From Nemertoderma westbladi (taxonomy: Eukaryota > Animalia > Xenacoelomorpha), in assembly GCA_032718475.1 (NCBI GenBank), contig JAUCBJ010008443.1:22643-86642 (forward strand): a stretch of DNA of 64,000 bases, read 5' to 3'. The position numbers and the translations under genes are program-made. This document shows, one piece after another, positions 43,901 to 57,234 of this stretch. How positions within the stretch are numbered: position 1 is the first letter of the stretch; each line of letters begins with the position of its first letter. Under the pieces are notes generated by a model. It was not told the origin of the DNA. It ran no database searches and saw only the letters and a list, made by a program, of their open reading frames with translations.

Positions 43901-46900
43901 CGGTAACAGTTGACGGATATCTGCTACTTCTGCATATAGGGATTAATCCGGTAACAGTTGACGGATATCTGCTACTTCTGCATATAGGGATTAATCCGGT
44001 AACAGTTGACGGATATCTGCTACTTCTGCATATAGGGATTAATCCGGTAACAGTTGGCGGATATCTGCTACTTCTGCATAATATGGATTAATCCGGTAAC
44101 AGTTGACGGATATCTGCTACTTCTGCATATATGGATTAATCCGGTAACAGTTGACGGATATCTGCTACTTCTGCATATAGGGATTAATCCGGTAACTGTT
44201 GACGGATATCTGCTACTTCTGCATATAGGGATTAATCCGGTAACTGTTGACGGATATCTGCTACTTCTGCATAATAGGGATTAATCCGGTAACAGTTGGC
44301 GGATATCTGCTACTTCTGCATATAGGGATTAATCCGGTAACAGTTGACGGATATCTGCTACTTCTGCATATAGGGATTAATCCGGTAACTGTTGACGGAT
44401 ATCTGCTACTTCTGCATAATATGGATTAATCCGGTAACAGTTGACGGATATCTGCTACTTCTGCATATAGGGATTAATCCGGTAACAGTTGGCGGATATC
44501 TGCTACTTCTGCATAATATGGATTAATCCGGTAACAGTTGACGGATATCTGCTACTTCTGCATATATGGATTAATCCGGTAACAGTTGACGGATATCTGC
44601 TACTTCTGCATATAGGGATTAATCCGGTAACTGTTGACGGATATCTGCTACTTCTGCATATAGGGATTAATCCGGTAACTGTTGACGGATATCTGCTACT
44701 TCTGCATAATATGGATTAATCCGGTAACAGTTGACGGATATCTGCTACTTCTGCATAATAGGGATTAATCCGGTAACAGTTGACGGATATCTGCTACTTC
44801 TGCATAATATGGATTAATCCGGTAACAGTTGACGGATATCTGCTACTTCTGCATAATAGGGATTAATCCGGTAACAGTTGACGGATATCTGCTACTTCTG
44901 CATAATAGGGATTAATCCGGTAACAGTTGACGGATATCTGCTACTTCTGCATATAGGGATTAATCCGGTAACAGTTGACGGATATCTGCTACTTCTGCAT
45001 ATAGGGATTAATCCGGTAACAGTTGACGGATATCTGCTACTTCTGCATATAGGGATTAATCCGGTAACAGTTGACGGATATCTGCTACTTCTGCATATAG
45101 GGATTAATCCGGTAACAGTTGACGGATATCTGCTACTTCTGCATAATAGGGATTAATCCGGTAACAGTTGACGGATATCTGCTACTTCTGCATATAGGAT
45201 TAATCCGGTACAGTTGGCGGATATCTGCTACTTCTGCATATAGGGATTAATCCGGTAACAGTTGACGGATATCTGCTACTTCTGCATATAGGGATTAATC
45301 CGGTAACAGTTGACGGATATCTGCTACTTCTGCATAATAGGGATTAATCCGGTAACAGTTGACGGATATCTGCTACTTCTGCATATAGGGATTAATCCGG
45401 TAACAGTTGACGGATATCTGCTACTTCTGCATATAGGGATTAATCCGGTAACAGTTGACGGATATCTGCTACTTCTGCATATAGGGATTAATCCGGTAAC
45501 TGTTGACGGATATCTGCTACTTCTGCATAATAGGGATTAATCCGGTAACAGTTGACGGATATCTGCTACTTCTGCATAATAGGGATTAATCCGGTAGCAG
45601 TTGGCGGATATCTGCTACTTCTGCATATAGGGATTAATCCGGTAACAGTTGACGGATATCTGCTACTTCTGCATAATAGGGATTAATCCGGTAACAGTTG
45701 GCGGATATCTGCTACTTCTGCATATAGGGATTAATCCGGTAACTGTTGACGGATATCTGCTACTTCTGCATATAGGGATTAATCCGGTAGCAGTTGACGG
45801 ATATCTGCTACTTCTGCATATAGGGATTAATCCGGTAACAGTTGACGGATATCTGCTACTTCTGCATATAGGGATTAATCCGGTAACAGTTGACGGATAT
45901 CTGCTACTTCTGCATATAGGGATTAATCCGGTAACAGTTGACGGATATCTGCTACTTCTGCATAATAGGGATTAATCCGGTAACAGTTGGCGGATATCTG
46001 CTACTTCTGCATATAGGGATTAATCCGGTAACAGTTGACGGATATCTGCTACTTCTGCATATAGGGATTAATCCGGTAACAGTTGACGGATATCTGCTAC
46101 TTCTGCATATAGGGATTAATCCGGTAACAGTTGACGGATATCTGCTACTTCTGCATATAGGGATTAATCCGGTAACAGTTGACGGATATCTGCTACTTCT
46201 GCATATAGGGATTAATCCGGTAACAGTTGACGGATATCTGCTACTTCTGCATATAGGGATTAATCCGGTAACAGTTGACGGATATCTGCTACTTCTGCAT
46301 ATAGGGATTAATCCGGTAACAGTTGACGGATATCTGCTACTTCTGCATATAGGGATTAATCCGGTAACAGTTGACGGATATCTGCTACTTCTGCATATAG
46401 GGATTAATCCGGTAACAGTTGACGGATATCTGCTACTTCTGCATATAGGGATTAATCCGGTAACAGTTGACGGATATCTGCTACTTCTGCATAATAGGGA
46501 TTAATCCGGTAACAGTTGGCGGATATCTGCTACTTCTGCATATAGGGATTAATCCGGTAGCAGTTGACGGATATCTGCTACTTCTGCATATAGGGATTAA
46601 TCCGGTAACAGTTGACGGATATCTGCTACTTCTGCATAATAGGGATTAATCCGGTAACAGTTGGCGGATATCTGCTACTTCTGCATATAGGGATTAATCC
46701 GGTAACAGTTGGCGGATATCTGCTACTTCTGCATATAGGGATTAATCCGGTAGCAGTTGACGGATATCTGCTACTTCTGCATATAGGGATTAATCCGGTA
46801 ACAGTTGACGGATATCTGCTACTTCTGCATATAGGGATTAATCCGGTAACAGTTGACGGATATCTGCTACTTCTGCATATAGGGATTAATCCGGTAACAG

Positions 46901-49900
46901 TTGACGGATATCTGCTACTTCTGCATAATAGGGATTAATCCGGTAACAGTTGGCGGATATCTGCTACTTCTGCATATAGGGATTAATCCGGTAGCAGTTG
47001 ACGGATATCTGCTACTTCTGCATATAGGGATTAATCCGGTAACAGTTGACGGATATCTGCTACTTCTGCATATAGGGATTAATCCGGTAACAGTTGACGG
47101 ATATCTGCTACTTCTGCATATAGGGATTAATCCGGTAACAGTTGACGGATATCTGCTACTTCTGCATATAGGGATTAATCCGGTAACAGTTGACGGATAT
47201 CTGCTACTTCTGCATATAGGGATTAATCCGGTAACAGTTGACGGATATCTGCTACTTCTGCATATAGGGATTAATCCGGTAACAGTTGACGGATATCTGC
47301 TACTTCTGCATATAGGGATTAATCCGGTAACAGTTGACGGATATCTGCTACTTCTGCATATAGGGATTAATCCGGTAACAGTTGACGGATATCTGCTACT
47401 TCTGCATATAGGGATTAATCCGGTAACAGTTGACGGATATCTGCTACTTCTGCATATAGGGATTAATCCGGTAACAGTTGACGGATATCTGCTACTTCTG
47501 CATATAGGGATTAATCCGGTAACAGTTGACGGATATCTGCTACTTCTGCATATAGGGATTAATCCGGTAACAGTTGACGGATATCTGCTACTTCTGCATA
47601 TAGGGATTAATCCGGTAACAGTTGACGGATATCTGCTACTTCTGCATATAGGGATTAATCCGGTAACAGTTGACGGATATCTGCTACTTCTGCATATAGG
47701 GATTAATCCGGTAACAGTTGACGGATATCTGCTACTTCTGCATATAGGGATTAATCCGGTAACAGTTGACGGATATCTGCTACTTCTGCATATAGGGATT
47801 AATCCGGTAACAGTTGACGGATATCTGCTACTTCTGCATATAGGGATTAATCCGGTAACAGTTGACGGATATCTGCTACTTCTGCATATAGGGATTAATC
47901 CGGTAACAGTTGACGGATATCTGCTACTTCTGCATAATAGGGATTAATCCGGTAACAGTTGGCGGATATCTGCTACTTCTGCATATAGGGATTAATCCGG
48001 TAACAGTTGGCGGATATCTGCTACTTCTGCATATAGGGATTAATCCGGTAGCAGTTGACGGATATCTGCTACTTCTGCATATAGGGATTAATCCGGTAAC
48101 AGTTGACGGATATCTGCTACTTCTGCATATAGGGATTAATCCGGTAGCAGTTGACGGATATCTGCTACTTCTGCATATAGGGATTAATCCGGTAACAGTT
48201 GACGGATATCTGCTACTTCTGCATAATAGGGATTAATCCGGTAACAGTTGGCGGATATCTGCTACTTCTGCATATAGGGATTAATCCGGTAACAGTTGAC
48301 GGATATCTGCTACTTCTGCATATAGGGATTAATCCGGTAACAGTTGACGGATATCTGCTACTTCTGCATATAGGGATTAATCCGGTAACAGTTGACGGAT
48401 ATCTGCTACTTCTGCATATAGGGATTAATCCGGTAACAGTTGACGGATATCTGCTACTTCTGCATATAGGGATTAATCCGGTAACAGTTGGCGGATATCT
48501 GCTACTTCTGCATATAGGGATTAATCCGGTAACAGTTGACGGATATCTGCTACTTCTGCATAATAGGGATTAATCCGGTAACAGTTGGCGGATATCTGCT
48601 ACTTCTGCATATAGGGATTAATCCGGTAACAGTTGACGGATATCTGCTACTTCTGCATATAGGGATTAATCCGGTAACAGTTGACGGATATCTGCTACTT
48701 CTGCATATAGGGATTAATCCGGTAACAGTTGACGGATATCTGCTACTTCTGCATATAGGGATTAATCCGGTAACAGTTGACGGATATCTGCTACTTCTGC
48801 ATAATAGGGATTAATCCGGTAACAGTTGACGGATATCTGCTACTTCTGCATATAGGGATTAATCCGGTAACAGTTGACGGATATCTGCTACTTCTGCATA
48901 TATGGATTAATCCATTAACAGTTGACGGATATCTGCTACTTCTGCATATAGGGATTAATCCGGTAACAGTTGACGGATATCTGCTACTTCTGCATATATG
49001 GATTAATCCATTAACAGTTGACGGATATCTGCTACTTCTGCATAATAGGGATTAATCCGGTAACAGTTGACGGATATCTGCTACTTCTGCATATAGGGAT
49101 TAATCCGGTAACAGTTGACAGATATCTGCTACTTCTGCATATATGGATTAATCCATTAACAGTTGACGGATATCTGCTACTTCTGCATATAGGGATTAAT
49201 CCGGTAACAGTTGACGGATATCTGCTACTTCTGCATAATAGGGATTAATCCGGTAACTGTTGACGGATATCTGCTACTTCTGCATATAGGGATTAATCCG
49301 GTAACAGTTGACGGATATCTGCTACTTCTGCATAATAGGGATTAATCCGGTAACAGTTGACGGATATCTGCTACTTCTGCATATATGGATTAATCCATTA
49401 ACAGTTGACGGATATCTGCTACTTCTGCATATAGGGATTAATCCGGTAACAGTTGACGGATATCTGCTACTTCTGCATATAGGAATTAATCCGGTAACAG
49501 TTGACGGATATCTGCTACTTCTGCATATAGGGATTAATCCGGTAACAGTTGACGGATATCTGCTACTTCTGCATATAGGGATTAATCCATTAACAGTTGA
49601 CGGATATCTGCTACTTCTGCATAATAGGGATTAATCCATTAACAGTTGACGGATATCTGCTACTTCTGCATATAGGGATTAATCCATTAACAGTTGACGG
49701 ATATCTGCTACTTCTGCATATAGGGATTAATCCATTAACAGTTGACGGATATCTGCTACTTCTGCATATAGGAATTAATCCGGTAACAGTTGACGGATAT
49801 CTGCTACTTCTGCATATAGGAATTAATCCGGTAACAGTTGACGGATATCTGCTACTTCTGCATATAGGAATTAATCCGGTAACAGTTGGCGGATATCTGC

Positions 49901-52004
49901 TACTTCTGCATATAGGGATTAATCCATTAACAGTTGACGGATATCTGCTACTTCTGCATATAGGGATTAATCCGGTAACAGTTGACGGATATCTGCTACT
50001 TCTGCATATAGGGATTAATCCGGTAACAGTTGACGGATATCTGCTACTTCTGCATATAGGGATTAATCCGGTAACAGTTGACGGATATCTGCTACTTCTG
50101 CATAATAGGGATTAATCCGGTAACAGTTGACGGATATCTGCTACTTCTGCATAATAGGGATTAATCCGGTAACAGTTGACGGATATCTGCTACTTCTGCA
50201 TATAGGGATTAATCCGGTAACAGTTGACAGATATCTGCTACTTCTGCATATATGGATTAATCCATTAACAGTTGACGGATATCTGCTACTTCTGCATATA
50301 GGAATTAATCCGGTAACAGTTGACGGATATCTGCTACTTCTGCATATAGGAATTAATCCGGTAACAGTTGGCGGATATCTGCTACTTCTGCATATAGGGA
50401 TTAATCCGGTAACAGTTGACGGATATCTGCTACTTCTGCATATAGGGATTAATCCGGTAACAGTTGGCGGATATCTGCTACTTCTGCAAATAGGGATTAA
50501 TCCGGTAACAGTTGACGGATATCTGCTACTTCTGCAAATAGGGATTAATCCGGTAACTGTTGACGGATATCTGCTACTTCTGCAAATAGGGATTAATCCG
50601 GTAACTGTTGACGGATATCTGCTACTTCTGCATATAGGGATTAATCCGGTAACAGTTGGCGGATATCTGCTACTTCTGCAAATAGGGATTAATCCGGTAA
50701 CAGTTGACGGATATCTGCTACTTCTGCAAATAGGGATTAATCCGGTAACTGTTGACGGATATCTGCTACTTCTGCAAATAGGGATTAATCCGGTAACAGT
50801 TGGCGGATATCTGCTACTTCTGCAAATAGGGATTAATCCGGTAACTGTTGACGGATATCTGCTACTTCTGCAAATAGGGATTAATCCGGTAACAGTTGAC
50901 GGATATCTGCTACTTCTGCATATAGGGATTAATCCGGTAACAGTTGGCGGATATCTGCTACTTCTGCATATAGGGATTAATCCGGTAACAGTTGACGGAT
51001 ATCTGCTACTTCTGCATATAGGGATTAATCCGGTAACAGTTGACGGATATCTGCTACTTCTGCATATAGGGATTAATCCGGTAACAGTTGGCGGATATCT
51101 GCTACTTCTGCATATAGGGATTAATCCGGTAACAGTTGGCGGATATCTGCTACTTCTGCATATATGGATTAATCCATTAACAGTTGACGGATATCTGCTA
51201 CTTCTGCATATAGGGATTAATCCGGTAACAGTTGGCGGATATCTGCTACTTCTGCATATATGGATTAATCCATTAACAGTTGACGGATATCTGCTACTTC
51301 TGCATATAGGAATTAATCCGGTAACAGTTGACGGATATCTGCTACTTCTGCATATAGGGATTAATCCGGTAACAGTTGACGGATATCTGCTACTTCTGCA
51401 TATAGGGATTAATCCGGTAACAGTTGACGGATATCTGCTACTTCTGCATATAGGGATTAATCCGGTAACAGTTGACGGATATCTGCTACTTCTGCATATA
51501 GGGATTAATCCGGTAACAGTTGGCGGATATCTGCTACTTCTGCATATAGGGATTAATCCATTAACAGTTGACGGATATCTGCTACTTCTGCATATAGGGA
51601 TTAATCCGGTAACAGTTGGCGGATATCTGCTACTTCTGCATATAGGGATTAATCCGGTAACAGTTGGCGGATATCTGCTACTTCTGCATATAGGGATTAA
51701 TCCGGTAACAGTTGACGGATATCTGCTACTTCTGCATATAGGGATTAATCCGGTAACAGTTGACGGATATCTGCTACTTCTTAACAGTTGACGGATATCT
51801 GCTACTTCTGCATATAGGGATTAATCCGGTAACAGTTGACGGATATCTGCTACTTCTGCATAATAGGGATTAATCCATTAACAGTTGACGGATATCTGCT
51901 ACTTCTGCATATAGGGATTAATCCATTAACAGTTGACGGATATCTGCTACTTCTGCATATAGGGATTAATCCATTAACAGTTGACGGATATCTGCTACTT
52001 CTGC
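40951..52004 (+). repeat. 48-bp satellite array (~230 units, some 49-bp variants) ending 19 bp before a dynein exon
   Basis: Unit TGCATATAGGGATTAATCCGGTAACAGTTGACGGATATCTGCTACTTC; ends ...CTACTTCTGCttatacatttctgatttag|ATA. Confidence 0.98.
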
Positions 52005-52023
52005 TTATACATTTCTGATTTAG

Positions 52024-52179
52024 ATAACGTCGCTGAACCACAAGTACTTCCGCACCCATCTAGAAGATGCTCTATCTCTCGGACGACCTCTCCTTATTGA
52101 AGACGTTGGTGAGGAATTGGATCCGGCGTTAGACAATGTTCTTGGAAAAAATTTCATCAAATCCGGTCGAACACTCAAG
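52024..52179 (+). CDS. DNAH5: Axonemal dynein heavy chain exon, AAA5 (not in the ORF track)
   Basis: gatttag|ATA...AAG|gttagt; 156 nt, phase 0; [52 protein letters not shown] continues NELQ|[10 protein letters not shown] as in DNAH5. Confidence 0.95.
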
Positions 52180-52503
52180 GTTAGTTGATGATTTGTTTTA
52201 TGTTTATTGAAATTTGGGTAGCGCGTGTACATCGTTGTGAGAATTCCCCCATGAGTTGAGAACGGGTGTAGTTATTTAATGTGTGACACGTGTTTAACAG
52301 GGGGGTTGATCCTTAAATGTGTCCCTCTGGTTCAACATTTATACCCACCGAAATCATTAACCATGTGGAACAATGTGTCCGCTAGTAATGGCAGGCAGGC
52401 CCATTGCCATTATATATATTATGTAAGTGTAAGTACCGAGGACTGTCAATGGACCTGTTCTTTGGAAGATTGAGACGGTTGATGTCCAGGTTTTGCTTCT
52501 GGG

Positions 52504-53570
52504 TACTGCTGTTACTGCTGTTACTGCTGTTACTGCTGTTACTGCTGTTACTGCTGTTACTGATACTGCTGTTACTGATGTTACTGCTGTTACTGCTGTT
52601 ACTGCTGTTACTGATGTTACTGCTGTTACTGCTGTTACTGATGTTACTGCTGTTACTGCTGTTACTGATACTGCTGTTACTGATGTTACTGCTGTTACTG
52701 CTGTTACTGCTGTTACTGATGATACTGCTGTTACTGCTGTTACTGATGTTACTGATGTTACTGCTGTTACTGCTGGTTACTGCTGTTACTGCTGTTACTG
52801 CTGTTACTGATGTTACTGCTGTTACTGCTGTTACTGCTGTTACTGATACTGCTGTTACGTGACGCTGTTACTGCTGTTACTGCTGTTACTGCTGTTACTG
52901 CTGTTACTGCTGTTACTGATGTTACTGCTGTTACTGCTGTTACTGATACTGCTGTTACTGATGTTACTGATGTTACTGCTGTTACTGCTGTTACTGCTAT
53001 TACTGCTGTTACTGATGTTACTGCTGTTACTGCTGTTACTGATACTGCTGTTACTGATGTTACTGCTGTTTCTGCTGTTACTGCTGTTACTGCTGTTACT
53101 GTTGTTACTGCTGTTACTGCTGTTACTGATGTTACTGCTGTTACTTCTGTTACTTCTGTTACTGCTGTTACTGATGTTACTGCTGTTACTGCTGTTACTG
53201 ATGTTACTTCTGTTACTGCTGTTACTGATGTTACTTCTGTTACTGCTGTTACTGATGTTACTGCTGTTACTGATACTGCTGTTACTGATGTTACTGCTGT
53301 TACTTCTGTTACTGCTGTTACTGATGTTACTGCTGTTACTGATGTTACTGCTGTTACTGCTGTTACTGATGTTACTTCTGTTACTGCTGTTACTGCTGTT
53401 ACTGATGTTACTGCTGTTACTGCTGTTACTGATGATACTGCTGTTACTGCTGTTACTGATGTTACTGCTGTTACTGATGTTACTGTTGTTACTGTTGTTA
53501 CTGCTGTTACTGCTGTTACGGCTGTTACTGCTGTTACTGTGGGTTACTGCGGGTTACTGCTGTTACTGCT
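52504..53570 (+). repeat. 9-bp minisatellite (GTTACTGCT)n with variants, ~118 units
   Basis: Read directly; variants GTTACTGAT and GTTACTTCT. Confidence 0.96.
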
Positions 53571-53639
53571 GGTTAAGTTTGTTTGTACACAAACTCCCAT
53601 CATAAATTCAACATTTTCTCTCAATAATTTCTCTCATAA

Positions 53640-54683
53640 AGATCCTATCCATATTTCCCAAAAGTTTAGTGCAGTTCTAGAATCCTGTAATGAGTGGTTG
53701 GTTGATAATAAGCTATCCATTCACTACGGTAAGACTGAAAGTATTTTGTTTGGTTCCAAAAGAAATTTAAAGAAGGTAACTAAGTTTGAAGTCACTAGTA
53801 ATGGACATAATATTGAAAATAAAAAGGAAGTTAAATATTTAGTAAATATTATTAAATTAATAAAATATATTAAATATTTAATTAAATATTTATCAGGAGA
53901 AAGCATAGTGAAAAATATTTTCTCGAAAGTTAACAGTAGGCTTAGGTTTCTATACAGAAATAAAAATAGTTTAAACACCGACTCCCGCAAGTTACTTTGC
54001 TCTTCTTTAATACAGTGTCACAAGGACTATGCGTGCTCTTCTTGGTATGAAGGCTTAACCAAACAGCTTAAATGTAAATTACAAGTAGCTCAGTATAAAG
54101 TAGTACGATTTATTAAAGACTACAAACCTAGGCACCACCTAACTCCAGATGACTTTTCTGAATCTGGACTACTTAACTTAGATAGTAGAGTTAAGCAGCT
54201 ACGCCTTAACCATAACCATGTGCATAAAGTGTATAACGGTAAATGTCCCAATTACCTAAAACAAAAATTCAACAGAGTACGTGATACACACTCTTACAGT
54301 ACCAGAGCTAGTGCTTCAAACTTCTACCTCCCGAATTGTAAATCCTTCGAATCTGATACTTTCTTTTTTAACGGCATTAAAAATTGGAACGCTCTGCCTA
54401 ATGAAATTAAAAACCTAAATAATTAACATTCTTTTAAATCTGCAGTTAAATCTCACCTCTGTGTGCAATGTAAAAATAGGTACAATAGTCCTACAGTAAG
54501 TTATTAGTTTATTAATTATTTACTATTAATACTGTAATTACGTTTTATAATAAATTGTTCTGTACATTACATCTTTATCGTTGAGTCGGGCATTGTCACG
54601 CTCTCGGTAAAGTTGTACATGTACATAGTGTAATTACGTTTTATATTGGTTTTAGGTTAGCGTAGTGTAATATTGTATTTGTA
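53640..54683 (+). mobile_element. L2/Crack-type LINE 3' fragment (end of RT, C-terminus and AT-rich 3' UTR)
   Basis: WLVDNKLSIHYGKTESILFG, VKYL, DYACSSWY, CPNYL, HSYSTR, WNALPNEIK. Confidence 0.85.
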
Positions 54684-56192
54684 ACCGAGAGAAAGCCGCC
54701 CCAATATTAGATTATTACAACAACATATCCATTGGGTAAGAAAGTGGAGGAGAGCCAGCCCGTCTCTTAATTTTTTACTTTATATTACGCGATCAATTTT
54801 CACTCATCTCGTCATGAACCCAACATGTATGTAACCTTTTGTTAAATTTGTTGGCTATACGTTTGCGGTTGTTTGTGCGGAGTGTGGTAGGCCTACACTT
54901 TTCACACTTAAATATTTTGGTTGTGAAATGTTACAGGGCATAGCGATCAGAGATATTTCATTTATATTTTATTATGAGAGGAAGAAGAACATACAACGTT
55001 ATTTACTATGTAACAAAATAATTGTTTTCGGGTTTAACTTGGAAGCCTCCCCAAATAGTTGATATACAATTATATTTAAAATTATTTCCATGGTCATGGT
55101 CATTCACCCGTCTTTAGTTAGAAATTTGTTTGCATGAAAGACAGTTTAGTTTAGTTTTTACTGATTTATTATCTCTTATCTGACTGCGGTAATAATAAAG
55201 GATAGGATAAATGGAAGCAAAGTGTGACAGTAACAAATATTTCCCCGTCACCCTAGCATGTCTTAAGTATATGATATATCAAAGGGGGAAGTTTGGATTC
55301 ACTGCATAAATGCAGTTCACCAAACTTCCCCCGAATGCACGCACACTGTAACTTCCCCCTTCCCCCAAATATCCACTGTTGAATTAATTTGAAGCGATAT
55401 AATAAGTACAAAATTGTGCGAGTTTTTAATTGTGTGGTCCAATTGTTATTTGATTTCTATTTATTATTTAAAGTGCATTTAATATCACACTGGTTTTTAG
55501 AATATTATACTCTACAACCTTATGTTTTATTAATTTACCCAATCGAAGCCTCATAAGGGCCGGTTATTTGTACGCATATCCCCTAATGCGCTCAGTAAGG
55601 TTCAAACAACATATTAATAGGAAAATAAAGTATCTGCAAAGAAAAGAACCCAATACTATATAATTTGACCTTATTAAAAAATTTGCACTTTTGCACACTT
55701 ATTTGTACAAATGCACTTTAGCAGATCGTAATGGTGGCTCTTATTTAACAAACTTATGTTTATCCTCTACCGATCTACGATGGTGTATGATCAAGTGTCA
55801 GTCGCTAAAAGTGTCAAAAATCCAATTTAATAAATCTGGATTTGCGATTTTGGACCATATTCATGGACATTTTTAAGTCACTTTATAGACATAAAAAGTT
55901 AAACAAATGTTACGATTATAGTTAGAAATCATTTCAAACTACATTTTAATCCAAAAAATAACATTCTACGATGAATAGAACTGGAAATAACAGTGTTTGA
56001 AATATCGAAAAAATGTTCACTATTTAAGTGCATTTTGCACTAAGTGCACATAAGTCTTTTCCCAAGTTTTATCCTATTTCACACACTACAATCTATCCTC
56101 TATCCAATGAAAAAAGTTTCAGATTAAACGGCCCTGTAGAACCGAAGTTATTTATGTTTAAAAATAGTCACTCGAAAATTTCAAATTCTCTT

Positions 56193-56265
56193 GGTCACAT
56201 AGTCTAGTGGTTATCAATCACGTTAATGAAACCTAAGTTCGCGGGTTCGAAATCCAATATTGACC
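56193..56265 (+). other. Degenerate tRNA-like (SINE-head-like) sequence inside the AT-rich repeat; second copy at 63246-63318
   Basis: 73 nt; GGTCA...TGACC ends pair; A box TAGTCTAGTGG; B-box-like GGTTCGAAATCC; D and anticodon arms do not pair. Confidence 0.55.
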
Positions 56266-57234
56266 TGACCATTCTTAATTTTTTTGCAAAAAAAATTATT
56301 TTTATTTTTTCACTAAAATCGCTCTAACTTCGGTTCTGTTGGTCCAAATTCAATAAAATTGGTATATTCTTTGCCGTAATTTTTTTCTTAATCTTTTGAG
56401 AAGGGGTTATTTTTGGCCCCAAAAAAATTAAAAAAAAGGGCCAAAATAACACGATATTTTTCGACCCTTAAAAATCGTAATTTTACTTATATATGTTAAG
56501 ATAAAAGATAGCGGAGTTAATTTGATACTTTTACAGGTACTTTTGGCGCAATAAGCTAAATTATAATGGAATAGCGATTTGTTAAAAAAAAAAATTTTTC
56601 GTCCCTTTTTATAAATATTACATTTCACACGATCGCCTGCCGCTCCAGTTTTATAATACCTCCGGCGCTGTGATTAACGCTGTTAGATAGATAATTTAAC
56701 GCACTATAAGTCTGTGTAAACAAATCTCCCGTAAGTTAAGTAGTTTTCGAGCTAGACGATTTCCCGCGAAGCAAGTTTGAAGCACGAAATTATAATTTTG
56801 GCCCTCATTTTTTTAATATCATCCTTGGAGCAAAACCGATAGCATATTTGAATTCCCCGTATGGATATTGACTGTATATAATGTACCTTAACCAACTAAA
56901 GTTAAAAATAAAAAATTATTCGATAAAAACTACTTTACAAATTCTGGCCCTTTTTGGCCCCTATTGCCGACATATTTTTTGTACCCCCATTCGATAGGAA
57001 CGTAGCCCCAATGGTCTTCTACGAGTTTCATAAAAGAATTAGTGGATTCCTACCCGCGTTGTCGAATTAAACATTTCGGAAATAAGTTTTCCAAAAAAGA
57101 CGGACAAAAACGTACAAATTTACAGCCCCTTTTTCCACCCGAAATTTTAATAAATATCTTATCCCCATTCGATACGAAGGTAGTACCACTCTTCCCCTTT
57201 CCAACCGCGTTATTTCGTTTTTTCCGTTTTTTCA

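Noticed and set aside
40884-52018. GINPVTVDGYLLLLHI-repeat proteins
   Set aside because: Product of a 48-bp unit; frequent 49-bp variants break the frame, so there is no coding constraint.
56193-56265. Functional tRNA gene
   Set aside because: D, anticodon and T stems pair poorly, and it is embedded in a repeat.
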